This document shows positions 23,891 through 36,432 of a stretch of DNA of 54,926 nucleotides, piece after piece (positions within the stretch are counted from its first letter, which is position 1; each line of letters opens with the position of its first letter). The position numbers and the translations under genes are program-made. The stretch comes from Prorocentrum cordatum (Eukaryota). The stretch covers positions 62,001 to 116,926 of the forward strand of contig CAUYUJ010000200.1 in NCBI GenBank assembly GCA_963575745.1, in the 5' to 3' direction. The notes below the pieces were generated by a model. The model had not been told where the DNA came from, ran no database searches, and was given only the letters and a program-made list of their open reading frames with translations.

Positions 23891-25190
23891 CATGCATTGA
23901 GCAGTCAGGGCGCCGAGATCAAGAGCACCGCTCGCTGTTCAGAAGGGGGGGGGTCCTGTTCATTCGGGCCGCTCCTCGGACCTCCAGGTCGGGGAGCCTC
24001 CTCGTGACCGAGGCTGGCCGTGGCCGGAAAGGTCGCGCCGTTGTTCGCTCCCAGACAGCCCACCCCCATTGCTTGTTCCAGTGCGCGGCCCCCCGAAGTC
24101 CCGACCCGCTCTCCAGCGCCGGCTTTTCATCCCGAGTCGTTGTTGACGGTCCTGGGGCTCAGCGAGGGCCCCTGGAGGCCGGAAATGACGAAAAGCAGCC
24201 GTCTTGATGTTTGTCAGAACGTTATGTTGGAGATATTTGTCGTTGCGTGATATCCGATCTTGAACCAACCCTTTAAGTCGGTTTCGGAGGTCGCCGCGGC
24301 GATCGCGGCGGCCACACATCGGGGCAAGTGTTTGTCAAAGAGTGGCATGTTCCTTCACAGCACCCCCCTGCGATGTAGACGTGGCCCAGCAGTAACACGA
24401 CAGCAACAGAGAGTTGCCACTTCATGTCCAATATGGGCAGTCATGTGTTTTTGGTTAGGTGCCGAGTCTCACGCAACCAGCCTGGGCATGACATTCGTCG
24501 AGGCCTCCTAGATGAGGTCGGATTAGATGGGGTCGGAGGATCGCGCCGCGGCGATGCATCGGCGATGCACCGGCGATGCATCCATCGTCGGCATGGGCGA
24601 TGAATCGGTGACGTCAACGTGAAGCAGATCGGGCCCAACATCGAGCCGCACTGGCGATGCATCGGCGATGCGGCGCGATCCTCCGAACCCATGCATTTGG
24701 ACACCATCTAAGAGGCCTAGACTGAGGAGGAGGAGGAGGAGGAGGAGGAGGAGGAGGAGGAGGAGGAGGAGGAGGAGGAGGGGGAGGGGAGGGGGGGGAG
24801 GGGGAGGAGGAGGAGGAGGAGGAGGAGGAGGAGGAGGAGGAGGAGGAGGAGGAGGAGGAGGAGGAGGAGGAGGAGGAGGAGGAGGAGGAGGGGGAGGAGA
24901 GGCACCACGCGCTCGAGCGGGCCCGCCTCCCAGGGAGGCCAGCCAGCGCGCGCGGGGCCCACGCGTGCCGCCATTGCCGCGAGGGGGGCCTTCGGTGCCT
25001 CCCTGCACCCCTCGCGGCCGACGGCCGCGTCTGCGGCGCCTGCCGCCCGCAGCCAGCTGGGACCACGCCCCGTGAGGGCGAAGGGGCCTGGCACCGCCGT
25101 GCCAGGCAACAGCGCACAGCGGCGCTGGTGCTTCTACGAGTGGCATCAGCAGGCCGAGTGCTTGACGAACACCATTCTGCTCAGCGTCAT

Positions 25191-26337
25191 ATGGGTGCAG
25201 ATGACGGTGAGAGCAATCCATTCCAGAAGTGCAGCTCCTGCGGATGCGCCAAGAACCTATCTTGGTGGAAGTGGTGCAAGCAATGCCGAGCGCCTCTTCG
25301 TCCCACGGTGCCGGCCAGGAAGACGGCCGCGCGGCGTGAGCGCAGCCGCGAGCCTCTTCGGGCTCGCTCTCCTGCGCCTGACAGTGCAGGATGAAGGCCC
25401 TGGCACACAGCGCCTGCACCACGGAGGCGAGCTCCATCAGTCACCTTCTCGGACGGATCGGCACCTGGGCTACACGACGGAGTTGACGAGTATGACGAAC
25501 CCACGGAGGAGCAGCGTCTGATGGCCATCACAGACTTGCTGGCCAAATCAGGAGATGAAGAAGGAGCTGCAAAGTGCGAAGCCCAGCTCAGTCGGCCAGG
25601 CACTGCAGAAGGTCAAGCAGACGGAGGCGAACCTCAAGCGCACCCAGGAGAGGTTCGAACGCGTCGAGAAGCAATACAATGAGCTCCAGGCCGACGTGGC
25701 TACTGCATCCACGGAGGTTGATGTCGCGAGAGGCTTCTACCAGGCTGCAGTCAAGCGGCTCGCCAGCACGGTCTCGGTGGAATCGGAGCAGCAGCAGTCA
25801 GACAGCAAGCCCCGACAGGCAGTCATCGACTTCAACGCTCTGTTGGACAGACAGGAGGTGCAGCTCGATGACGGTGGGCTCTTCGGACTGGAAGAATTGG
25901 ACGATGTCATCTCCCCCGAGGAGAGAGCCGAGGCCCGAAGGCGCAGAGAGGAGTTGCAGAAACAGTTCACAGAGGCAGCCAAGGCGTGCTTCAGCGAGGT
26001 CAATGCCAAGGCGGCGCTCATCAAAGAGGAACAGGCCAAGCAGCTGGCTCGCCTCAAAGCCAAGCGGGGCCGCACAGAGCCCGACAGCAAGGCATCTGTT
26101 GCCGCCACCAACGGCGCCGCCCACCCAGCCGAGCCCAAGGCGCCCTTGCCCAACGCAGCCGCCAAGGCTCAGACGTCTGGCCAGGCAACAGCGGCGGCCA
26201 AAACCCCGCCCACTGCGCCTCCGCCCGTGCATCCTGCCGCTTCCCCCAGCCCAGGAGGCAGACCAGTCCCCCCTTCGGTGGTTGACGAGGCCAGAGCTAA
26301 GCTCGAGGCAACGCAGAAGACACCGCAGCGTGGGTAG
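25191..26337 (+). pseudogene. LINE-A ORF1 (frameshifted): RanBP2-like C4 zinc finger, coiled coil and Ala/Pro-rich tail
   Basis: KCSSCGCAKNLSWWKWCKQC (C-x2-C-x4-N-x6-C-x2-C) at ~25227-25287; heptad-like ORF at 25555-26337. Confidence 0.65.
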
Positions 26338-27882
26338 CAGCAGGAGACAGACCGCGGCAAACCACCACCGTACCAGTCCAGATGTTCCGCCGCAAGCAGG
26401 TTTTGGTGTGACTCCGTCGAGTGCACGTTCTGCGCGCAGTGGTGCATTTCAGCAGCGACAGTGGCATGACGGGGCAGGTCACTGCAATTTTGAACCAGAT
26501 GATTGGTCAGACAGGGGAGCTATGACGAGAGTCTGGCTTCCAACGACGATGACTTCAGTGCAGAGTACGACGTACTGAGCGGCGATAACAGCAGCGACAT
26601 CAGTGACAACGGCGTCTGCAGCGAGGATTTCCACGAGAGGGTCGGTTTCCACCACGGCGGCGGGTGCTAAAACAATGGGGTCACTTGCCACGAGTGGAAC
26701 GCAGGTGGCACCAACTGCTTCTACGACGACGGGAGGAGCACATATTACATCTTCTGCATCCAAGGTCACACGCAGAGCTCGATGGACTTGTCAACGGAGC
26801 ACTACGGGCAGGACAGCGTCAACTGGCAGTCCGTGGCGTGTGGATATGGAGGTTGCTGTCAGCCAGTTGGGGTTAGAACGCACGTGGGCGATGTCAGAGC
26901 GCCTGGCGTTAGAGCAAATCCAGGAGGTGGCTGCCCTGGTTCAAGTCGTCCACGGTTGCACGGATGGAAACGGCGTGGCGCGAATTGGCAGCGAAGGGGC
27001 GAGGAACGGTCATGGGCGACGAGTCCTAGGCTCCCTCGGTCGGGCCAGGCCCGACACGCTGCTGATTTGCGGAGCGTCGAGGCGTTTAGAGCGCAAATCC
27101 CGTTGTCGTGTTCGGGCTCATGTAACCACGCTGCGGATTCGCCTTCAAGACCTGGACTCAGCCACCCAGGCATCAAGTCGCCACGCGTTTGCCATGCGTC
27201 GGCCAGCAATTACGACCAGCACCTCTCCACAGAAGAGGACGACCTGTTCAAGATGGTGGCGGAGCCTTCGAGGCCCGAGGACTTGCATCACGAGGCTCGG
27301 CTTCTCCTGCTCCTGCGCAGGTTGGCGGCCACCTGGATGGTACCTGAGCCTTTCAACCACGAAGAGGACATGGCCGCCCTGTCTTGGATGGAATGGTGCG
27401 TGCCCTATGTACTGCTTCGGCTGGCGGAGCCCCAGTTTGAGCGGCTGGTCGAACTGGCAGCAGAGTCATGCTCTCATGGGGGTATCCTGCAGGCTCGCGC
27501 GACCATGGCCAGGGACTACTGCAGTCGAGCGTTCCGTGACCGTGCCAGGGCTCGATGCCGCTATGCCGAATGGTCCGCGGAGCTCGCCGGGCAGGTACAC
27601 CCCGCGGACATCGACGCGGAGCTTGTCAATCACTTCGAGGACCACGCGGACGCGGTGCGATGGCTCCGAGGCCGCACACGCATTGCTGCGACACGGTGCT
27701 CGGGGGCGGCATCCAAGGCGCCGAGGCCTACTAGGGCCAGCAGGCCCGCTACGAGGGGGAGTTCGACCTCGCCTCCGACACGGGCGGCTTCGCCAGCGGC
27801 CGCTCCCTCCGCCTCTGAGCAGGGCTGGCTCGGCGAAGGGGGCGCTCCTTCCTCCCCAGGACGCCGCAGTGCCTCCAAAACG

Positions 27883-28580
27883 GACTGGCGTTTCATCAGT
27901 GTCAACCCCGACGCTTGGAGCAGCTTTCAAGATGTTTGCGGGTGGCAGGCGGCTATGGGGGCCTCCAAGGCCCACTTGGGGAATCCAGGGGACGCGGCTG
28001 GAGGCGCTCGGCATTGACAAGGCCCCTAAGTGGGCCCTTCAGAGAGGATATCGGACCTCTTTCTCGAAGGCCAGCAGGACGGGCGATCATGACTTGTCCA
28101 CGTCTGGGGGAACGGTGGCTGAGGTCGCCAGTCACGTTCGGTCGAGAGAGGTCCCTCACGGTGATATGGGGCTCCGTCAGTCAGCTGCTGGGAGAATCTC
28201 GGCCATGTTAATAGACGCCATCGTGCCCTCGGGGGTCATCTGGGTCACCATCTACGGCCGCGTGGGCATCGGCTGCGCCGGGGCCAGCGCGGAGCTCTTC
28301 CAAGACCTAGCTGTGCACCTCCAGAGGTCCCGTAAGCCTTGGGATTCTAGGTGGAGGCTTCAACATCCCGTCCAACGACCTGGGGGTCATGAAGTGGAGC
28401 CAGATGCTAGGTGCAACCTTTGCCGCTCCTTCAGGCGCAACTTTTTTTTCGGCGGGGTCGGGGGCAAGCTGATGCCTCGACTTCTGTGTGGTCTCGCGCG
28501 GCATGGCCAATTGCATCGCAGATCTCCGCGCTGCCCGCGGCGCCGTGTGGGCCGCGCGCACCTGTGCAGATCACCATCCG
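27883..28580 (+). pseudogene. LINE-A apurinic-like endonuclease domain (frameshifted)
   Basis: WRFISVN, WGIQGTRL (QE-like), TSGGT, GRISAM, VTIYG, PW/ILGGGFN (GDFN-like) and LDFCVVS in the canonical order. Confidence 0.75.
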
Positions 28581-29482
28581 TGGTTTCAGCCTCAGGATCC
28601 CCGTCGCTATCAGGACTACGTGGAAATCGTTTCGCACGCGGCCTCGGGTGGGCCCACTGCGGGAACCTATCGACCACCAGTGGTCATTGACGGTCGGCCA
28701 GGTTCCCCAGGGCAAGAGCCTCCAGGATCTTTGGGCAGAATGGCTGAAGCACGTGGAAGACGAATTGTGCCAGCAGTTTGATCTAGTCGAAGGACTGGAC
28801 GTACTTGTTCGAGGTCGGGCGCAAGGGCTCCAGAAGAAACAGGTGCAATTGCAAACGCCCATGGAGCGCAAGTGGGACGAGGGTACCTCCCCGAAGTCTA
28901 GAGCATGGTGATCCCTGCAGACGCTGATGCACAAGTTTGGAGGGCTCTGGGGGCATCCTGAGGCCACGCTCTTCTGGGGCTCCATGACAACCAGACCCTC
29001 GGGCCCGACCTGCAGACGGTAGGAGGCAAGGACTTCCTGCCCGCCGCGGTGTCCCAAGGCGGAGACGATTTAGTCCTGGCCTTGAGTGGCGTCGACACAG
29101 TTGCTGATCGGGTCCTAAAGGAGCAAGCCAAAGCCAGGTCGGCCAAGTGGAGGGCCTGGGCCAGGGGTGTCACCAGGGGTGGGGCCAAGGAGGCCCACGG
29201 GTACATCAAGAATGCGCCCCCAGTTCCGCAGCCTCAGGACCCCGCTGGGTTACCTCCCCAGGGGAACGCTGCGATCCAGTACCTGTTGGGGGATTGGGCC
29301 GCATACGGGCATGCTGCCAAGTCGAACATCACCGACGCGCAGGTTGCAGCAGCGGCCCAGTCCCAGCTCCCCACGCCCACACTAGACCAACTCAAGCAGG
29401 CCTTCAAGAGGTTCCTTCATGACGTTGGACCGGGGTATGTGGAGTCAACCCTCGATGTTGGCTGCTCTTCGGGGACCCCTTC

Positions 29483-30330
29483 TTGTTGGGGCTGATAGAC
29501 GTCCTCTTGGTTTGGGAGCAGCAGCCCGACCTCCCCGACCCATGGCCGACAATCATCGTGTTTGCTGGCAAGCTCGATGGGTCTGGGGTTTGTCCGATAG
29601 CCTTGATTTGCAGTCTGCTTCGGGCTTGGGCTCGTCTTAGGCAAGATCTGGAAGGCACTTGGGAAAGGGGGCGCTCTCTGGAGAGCTTCTGGGGCACCAA
29701 GGGCAAGACCTGTAAACAAGCAGGATGGGAGCACAACATCGTGACCTACGTTCCGAGGCCGTCCAACCTGGAGGCTGCCACGCGATTCACGGACCTATCT
29801 AAGTTCTACGAAATGGTGACCCATAGAGTTCTCATTCGTGAGGCAGTGGCCACCCAGATGCCCCTTCGGCTAGTGTATGCAGCGTGCAAGCACTACGCAG
29901 GCCCACGCGTCATAAGTTTTCAGACAGCGGTCAGCGACCTCTTCAAAGCGAACGGCACGATCCTGGCGGGCTGCACACTCGCCACCAACTTTGCCAACTT
30001 ATATATATATATATATATGTATATGTGTGTATATATGTATATATACACAGGTTCCTGCTAGGGACACATCAGCGCCATCCCCATGTACATTGCCGCAACG
30101 TGGTGGATGATGTCCACTCCCAATACTGCGGGACCATCGCCTTGATCTTGAAGGAACTGGGTGAAGTAGGCAAAGAGCTGTCGAGAGGTTACGCCCGTTT
30201 GGAGCTCATCTTGTCAGGGGGCAAATCCCACTTCCTGGCCTCCCATCCAGATCTGGCTTCGGGCCTAGCCAAGGCGTGGGCCCAGCAAGGGCTCAATCGC
30301 AAGATTGGCACCAAGAGTCTGGTATCAGGT
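29483..30330 (+). pseudogene. LINE-A reverse transcriptase domain (disrupted)
   Basis: KLDGSGVCPIAL..LLRAW, DLSKFYEMV (~29792), GTILAGCTLA, NVVDD (~30100), LSGGKS; interrupted by a TA/TG microsatellite at ~30000-30047. Confidence 0.88.
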
Positions 30331-31119
30331 GTTACACGTTCCAGGGCCAGGGGAAACAAAACAGTGGAAAACTGACTCAGGAAAAGGGGCCAAGAGGAGC
30401 TGGCGACCCAGGACACTTCGTCAAGCTGGGGGGCGCGTGCACAACATACAACGAGCAGGTCCACAAGCTTGTGCGCTGTGGGGCGCGGCGGTCACGGGGC
30501 TCACCAGTAGGCAGACCCGTGCGATTCGTGTTTCAGCGGTTCGGTCGCTCCACAAGGACACGTCGACGGCCTCTGTGGGGCGTAGGTTGTTTTCCTCGGC
30601 TGCGGGCCAACTCATCGACTCCCTGGCCGCGTACCACCGCCAAGTCATCCTCTTTTGGGCCCAGGCGATTTGGAGGGGGCGGCCGACCTTGGCCAACCTC
30701 CAGCAGGCCCTTGGCGGGGCCTTTGCCGAGCTTGAAGAGCGCAGGTTTACGTGGAGATGCGTTAGGTCCCCAGCTCATGTTTATAGCATGTCGCTTCGTG
30801 AATTAGGGTGGCACGCCCTCAATGCGCGCACTATCGGCTTGGACGATGGGCGAGAGCTGGACTTGCTCGCCCTTGCGCCCGTGCAGGTCGGCACCCCTGT
30901 GCTGCGGCGCGTCGCCGCCTGCTCGGATGTGCGCGCGCTGAGGGGGAGGTCTGCAGCGGCGAATTGGGCCCGACCCATCTTGTGGCACCCCCTGCGTGAT
31001 TTAATGCATGGAGCCACGTCGACTGCTTGGGGCCCCCACCAGCAAGAGGCCCTTCGCAGCGTGGTCTCCCAATGTCATTGGACCCATGAGCGCCAGTTTA
31101 GGTAGTCGCGTGCGTCGTC

Positions 31120-32400
31120 GCCGTCGCGTCGGTTGTGCATGGCCGCTCCTGGGACGTTATTTCACAGAAGGTATAAATGTGACGCCTGGAGGGCCCTACG
31201 ACAGTCAAGTTGCAGTGCCGAGCTGTTGAGGGCGGCAGCTAATGCTGAGAGATGGGGGCAATATTTAGAGAAGTTTGCCGCTGGAGTCTCTCCCCTCGCC
31301 CCCGAGCTTGCCCCGCCCCCTCCTCCTCCTCCATTCCCAAGCAGGTATTCACTGGATCAACGGGCCTCCCGAAGGCCGGTTTTCGGGCTTGGTTTTCACT
31401 GATGGGTCAGCCTTCAACCCGACAGACCTGAACCTGGCCAGAGCGGGGTGGGGGATTGTCCAGGTTGGCGAGGCTGGCAACTTTTTAGCTGGCTGCTACG
31501 GCGCAGTCTCGCTTGAGCTAGCCCCTCTCCAAACAGCCCGCGACGGAGAGGACTGCGCTGTTTACATGGCCTCGGCTGGGGGGTGCGTTCAGGCCTTCGG
31601 AACGACGTATCACATAGATTGCAAGGCCACCCTCGGCTGTTTGCGAGACCCTGGCCAGGCACAGTCTTGTTCCAGCAGTCGAGCTCACTTGTGGGCCCGC
31701 ATTTTCCATGTGTTTGATGATGAACCCCCTCCCGCGGTCAAGGTGAAGGCCCATGCTTCCTGGACAGACGTGCCAGCTGGAAGGACCACCCAGCTCCACA
31801 AACGAGGGTCTGACCATGTTGATAGGCTGGCAAAGCTAGGAGCAGCATGTCACCCAGACACCCAGCCTGCGTCCCGTCTTGCGCGTGCTCTCTGTTCCAT
31901 TGCTCGGCAGGCTGGGCGCTGGGCTGGAGAACAAGAGGCCCGCGTAGCTGCCAGTCAGGTCCGCGATGCGGACGAGCTCCCTGGGAAGGATCGGACCGTG
32001 CTGGCCCCTCAGTGCAGACTGCGTTCGCTGAGAGTCACTGGGGGCGCCCGCCCGTTCGTTGTCCCTGGGGAACCCGAGGAGCTCACCAGACTTGTGTCAC
32101 TTGCGGGCCATACCATTTCCAGAGCTGGTGTGGATGGGCCTGATGGCCGCCCACTCGTAGGCGGCAGCTCATTCCTTTTTTGCACCGCGCGCGGAGGATA
32201 CAGTTGGGGTGGTCTCAAGGCCTTGGGAGCGCTGTGCCCCCGCCGTCCGCCCACCAAGGACAGAAAGCAGCAGCTGTCTCGGGCCAGACGGGGGTCGTTC
32301 CCCTCGTGGTCCCCTCAGTACAGGGGGTGGACCCTCAGAAGGCCCCGTCCCGCTTCCCCCTTCGACCTCCAGGTCCTCGGCCTCTCCTCTGGTGCCTTCC
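31120..32400 (+). pseudogene. LINE-A C-terminus: CCHC knuckle, RNase H and a terminal His/Cys motif
   Basis: (C)RLCMAAPGTLFHRRYKC; FTDGSA..ARAGWG, QTARDGE, HIDC, KVKAH, GSDHVDRLAK (RNase HI pattern); GHTI...FC...GGYS...LGALC. Confidence 0.85.
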
Positions 32401-33124
32401 TCCTCCCGTCTTGGGCCGGAGTGGGGGGGGTCGTCGCCGTCGGAGTCGTCGGGCGGGGTGGGGTGGGAACGGTGGAGCGCGGCCGAAGCGGCCGCCCGTT
32501 TCGGGCTCACGCCAGAGATGGCGGAGGCCGCAGCTGCCTCCCTGGAGAGACGAGGAGGAGCGCCAAGCGCGGCGCCCCCTTGCATGTGTGTAATTTGTGT
32601 GCGTGTGTGTATATCAACCGTATATCCACTGATACACGTTGCCTCGCCTCGTAATCTGTCGCTCGGCGTTGATTTCGAGAGTGCTGTGTTTTCTTCGGAG
32701 GACACCTGTTTTCTGCTGCTGCTTTTTGTCATCGACATTTGTCGCACGGGGAAATAGAAATAGGAGGAGGGGGAGGAGGAGGAGGAGGAGGAGGAGGAGG
32801 AGGAGGAGGAGGAGGAGGAGGAGCAGGAGGAGGAGGAGGAGGAGGAGGAGGAGGAGGAGGAGGAGGAGAGGAGCGAGGAGCGAGGAACGAGGAGCGAGGA
32901 AGAGGAGGAGGAGGAGGAGGAGGAGGAGGAGGAGGAGGAGGAGCGAGGAGCGAGGAGGAGGAGCGAGGAGGAGGAGGAGGCCTCGTGGCAGCACAACGAC
33001 TGCATGTCGATCCGCGCCGGCCCTGGCCTCGAGCACGTGGGAAGGGCCAGGGGCTGGCCGGCGGCCGCACGGGCCCCCACGGGGGCCGGGGTTCCACCCA
33101 ATCACGACGGTGCGTCAGCGTGAG

Positions 33125-33278
33125 GTCGGGCCTTTTTTCTTTCTACAGAAGGAATATTCAAAATAACCAAAAATCGTCAGGGGACGATTCTTTCGATCAT
33201 TTTTGATGATTGTTTGAGCATTTTGGGGCTATGTTTTATCTTTCGCCCAAAATCCGCCCGTAGGAGGACATGTCCGAC
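33125..33278 (+). mobile_element. MITE-like repeat F (degenerate)
   Basis: GTCGGGCC...GGACATGTCCGAC with a GGGGACGATT core. Confidence 0.55.
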
Positions 33279-33328
33279 CGAACGTCAGCGCGATCGGTTC
33301 CTTGCGCTGGAAAAGGGTACGGTGGGGG

Positions 33329-33440
33329 CCCATGTCAAGAAACACCCTGCTTGCCTCCAGGGTGCCCTGGGTTTCTTCGGCTTTGCCGTGGAAGGCCCGA
33401 CCTTCCCACACCCAGAATGGATGGACGTCCTGGGGTATTC
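33329..33440 (+). repeat. Dispersed repeat E, copy 4 (cut off by a TA microsatellite)
   Basis: CAAGAAACACCCTGCTTGCCTCCAGGGTGCCCTGGGTTTC. Confidence 0.8.
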
Positions 33441-33448
33441 TAAATGTG

Positions 33449-33493
<45 letters not shown>

Positions 33494-34032
33494 GTGTATA
33501 TATATATATACACACACACCGTGAGTATTTATAATGCGTGGGAACGACTGTATGTTTGTATATATATACATATGTATATATAATAGGTCTATATGTATAC
33601 TAAGATTATGTAGGGGAGAGCATACCGACATCGTTTCCCTTTCCTCGGCGCCCATGGCGGATGCGCCTCGACGTGTTGGTCGGAATGCGCCACAGGAGAG
33701 GTCCTGGGAGTAGCATGCTCGGTTCGGTGCGATCGAAAGTCGGCAAGGAAAAACTGCATTAATGAACAGTCGGAGCTCCTTGGATCTGCGCTGGACCCTC
33801 CTGACGGCGCCTGTTGCGCCGCCCCTGGCGCCGTCCCCAGCGCGCTCGGCACGCCATGGAGGAGGTCCAGCGAGGCTCTCAGAAAGCCGCGCGTACCTTC
33901 AAAAACTTCAGTTTATGCCGGTTCTCGTTCCTCTTGAAATGGTCACGGAAAGGATGGTGACGATGATGGACAGCAGTTCGTGCTTATTGTGACCAGGACT
34001 CGCTATCGTTGTCGCCGCGGACGCTGTCAAGC

Positions 34033-34201
34033 CTAGACTTACGTCGGGCGTGTCCCTTTATAGGAGGAGCAGTCAAAAATAGCAAAAAATAATCTGGGGA
34101 CGTATATTTTATGCTTATTTTCGACTATTTGCGGATATTTCTATTTTTAATTTTTCACCCAAAATACGCCTGTAGGCGGGACATGCCCGACCTAAGCCTA
34201 G
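34033..34201 (+). mobile_element. MITE-like repeat F with extended inverted repeats
   Basis: CTAGACTTACGTCGGGCGTGTCCC versus GGGACATGCCCGACCTAAGCCTAG. Confidence 0.7.
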
Positions 34202-34449
34202 ACGGACGGTCGCCCGCCCAGCAGCAGCCACCGTGGGCGTTGGACAGGTGTCGCTGTTTGGCCTCGTGCCAGTGTTCCCGCACGGCAGGTTCGTCTCGTG
34301 CCGACGTGGCGGCGACCCCAGCGCGGGCGTGCCAGGTTGAGCACCGCCGGTGGCCAGGAGTCGGCCTGCACGGGACGGCCTGGCGATCGAAGACCCGCCC
34401 CGCCGATTGCTCTGCCCCGGGTGGAACGATCCTCGCGGAAGGTTTCTAC

Positions 34450-34880
34450 CATGACGTGCCACCGTAGGGGTATGAACTTGCCAGTCGCCTTGGGACAGGC
34501 GGCCCCCGACGGCGAAAAAGTTGATCTTAGACAGTTTTCCGCCCGCTAAATGTTGGGCGCGCCAACTGGTCGGGACAACCTGGCGAATGAAAACCCGCCT
34601 GAAGCCAGAAGCCAGAAGCCAACGCCGTGTCGTCGCGGCGTCAGAAGCCAACGCCGTGTCGTCACGACACGAACCCGTCATGCCCATGGTTTAGCGGGCG
34701 ACGAGCGGTATAGCATGAACTTTTCCTTCGCCGGGGGCGCCTGTCCCAGGGTGGCTGGAGAGTATACCCCGACGTGCCACCGCAGGGGTATAAGCTTTCC
34801 GGCCGCCCTGGGACAGGCGCCCCCGACGGCGAAGCAGCTTATTTCAAAGAGCTCTCCGCCTGCCACGCGTCAGGCGTGCC
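34450..34880. repeat. Three related ~100-bp units in +/-/+ orientation, forming a long palindrome at 34726-34834
   Basis: GGGACAGGCG(G)CCCCCGACGGCGAA at ~34491 and ~34810; reverse complement TTCGCCGGGGGCGCCTGTCCC at ~34727. Confidence 0.7.
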
Positions 34881-35299
34881 AGCCGGTCGGGCGCACCTGA
34901 CCCGCCCGGAGACGCTGTGGAGTGCAGCCCTGGCCTCTGCCGTCTCCGGCAGCCGTGTGTGGTCAGGGGCCGCCTACCGCCCGTCTGGGCCACAGAGGCG
35001 GCCCCCGCCGCCAAGCTTCCCGCCTCCTCCGCCGCTTCCCTCCTTACTGTCGCTCTGACTTTCACAGGGGGAGGCGGGAGGCTAGATTCGGGGGAGCGTA
35101 AGACCCGGGTTTGCCAGGACTCGGGTTCGCCATCGTTTTTTGACGACCGCGCCTCGGATTTTGACGAGGAGGAGTTTCGTGGGATGTCTGCAGCGGGAGG
35201 CCTCGTCAAAATGCAGGCTCGGCCTCGTCATTTTTTTGACGACCTCGTCGGGGATTTCCGAGTCCCCTGCACCCAGGTCTTACGTCCCCCTGATAGATG

Positions 35300-35850
35300 A
35301 GAGTGATGATGCTAAGGTTGTTTACGCTGATGCTGATGGTGGTGGTTATGATGATGGTGGTGGTGATGGTGATGGTGATGGTGATGATGATGGTGATGGT
35401 GACGGTGATGGTGATTGTCATGGTGATGATCGCGATGGTGATGGCGGCATTAACGATAACGGCGACGGTGACGGTGATGAAAATGAAGATGGTGATGAAG
35501 ATGAACATGAAGAAGATGTCGATCATGCAGATGATGGTGATAATGATGGTGACGGTGATGGTGACAGTGATCGTGATCGTGATGGTTTATGGTGGTGGTG
35601 GTGATGGTGGTGATGATGAGGATGGTGGTGATGATGATAAAGCTGATGGCGATGACGATGATGATGCTGATGCTGATGATTATGGTGGTGATGATGATGA
35701 TGGTGATGGGGATGGCGATGGCGATGATGATGCTGATGACGATGGTGGTGGTGGTGGTGGTGGTGGTAACGATGATGATATGATGATCATGGTGATGATA
35801 CTGATGATGATGCTGATGATGATGATGATGTTGATGATGGTATTGTATGA
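35300..35850. repeat. Degenerate (GAT/GGT)n microsatellite
   Basis: Read directly from the sequence. Confidence 0.9.
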
Positions 35851-36432
35851 TATGATAACACATAATATGAAATGATACGATTTGATATGTTCATGGTGGT
35901 GGTGATGTTGATGAGTTCATCGTCAGCATCGGGGGATCGGGAAGCGGGGTGGTATGTATTGAAAATTGCTGCACGCAGCCAGCTTGAGCCCCGCCGTTTC
36001 CTTGATATATTTGGCGCCCCCCAGCACCGACAGGAAACCCGGCTCCGCGAGCTGATTTGCCGATCCGCATGGGCGAAGAAGAGACAACCACAACCGTTGG
36101 GATGCGGGGCGGTTCCTTCATCCCAGCAGTTGTGGTTGTTTCTTCGTCGCTCCTGAAATCCACCAATTTCTATCCCCCCAGATGTCGCGCCGTGTTGGAA
36201 CCCCTGGGCTCCTACGGACCTCGTGAGGGGTGCTCTAGAGACCGTGGGGGCCTCCCTGGAAATCCTTGGGGCACTGTGACACCTTTGGCAACACCCGATG
36301 TTCGTCCGACCCGACCCTCCTCCCTCCTCTCGGGGGAACGTAAGAAGGTTTGAGTTTGTTGGAATTCGGGTTTACCACCGCCATTGGCAGCGAGAGCTCG
36401 CGCCAAACTTCAGACGAGGTCTCATCATTTTT

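Larger units (their letters stand above)
24900..32761 (+). mobile_element. LINE-A: near full-length, decayed non-LTR retrotransposon (ORF1 + APE-RT-ZnK-RNase H)
   Basis: Ordered APE, RT, CCHC and RNase H motifs across frameshifted ORFs; A-rich end AAATAGAAATA at ~32751-32761; (GGA)n on both flanks; 5' limit approximate. Confidence 0.88.

Noticed and set aside
26603..28690. 695-aa ORF as a standalone gene
   Set aside because: Only its last third carries APE motifs; it is a frameshifted piece of LINE-A ORF2
29993..30050. TA tract in the RT as an intron (it ends in CAG|G)
   Set aside because: Restoring the frame would need a donor starting AT; no GT/GC/GA donor in the right phase was found
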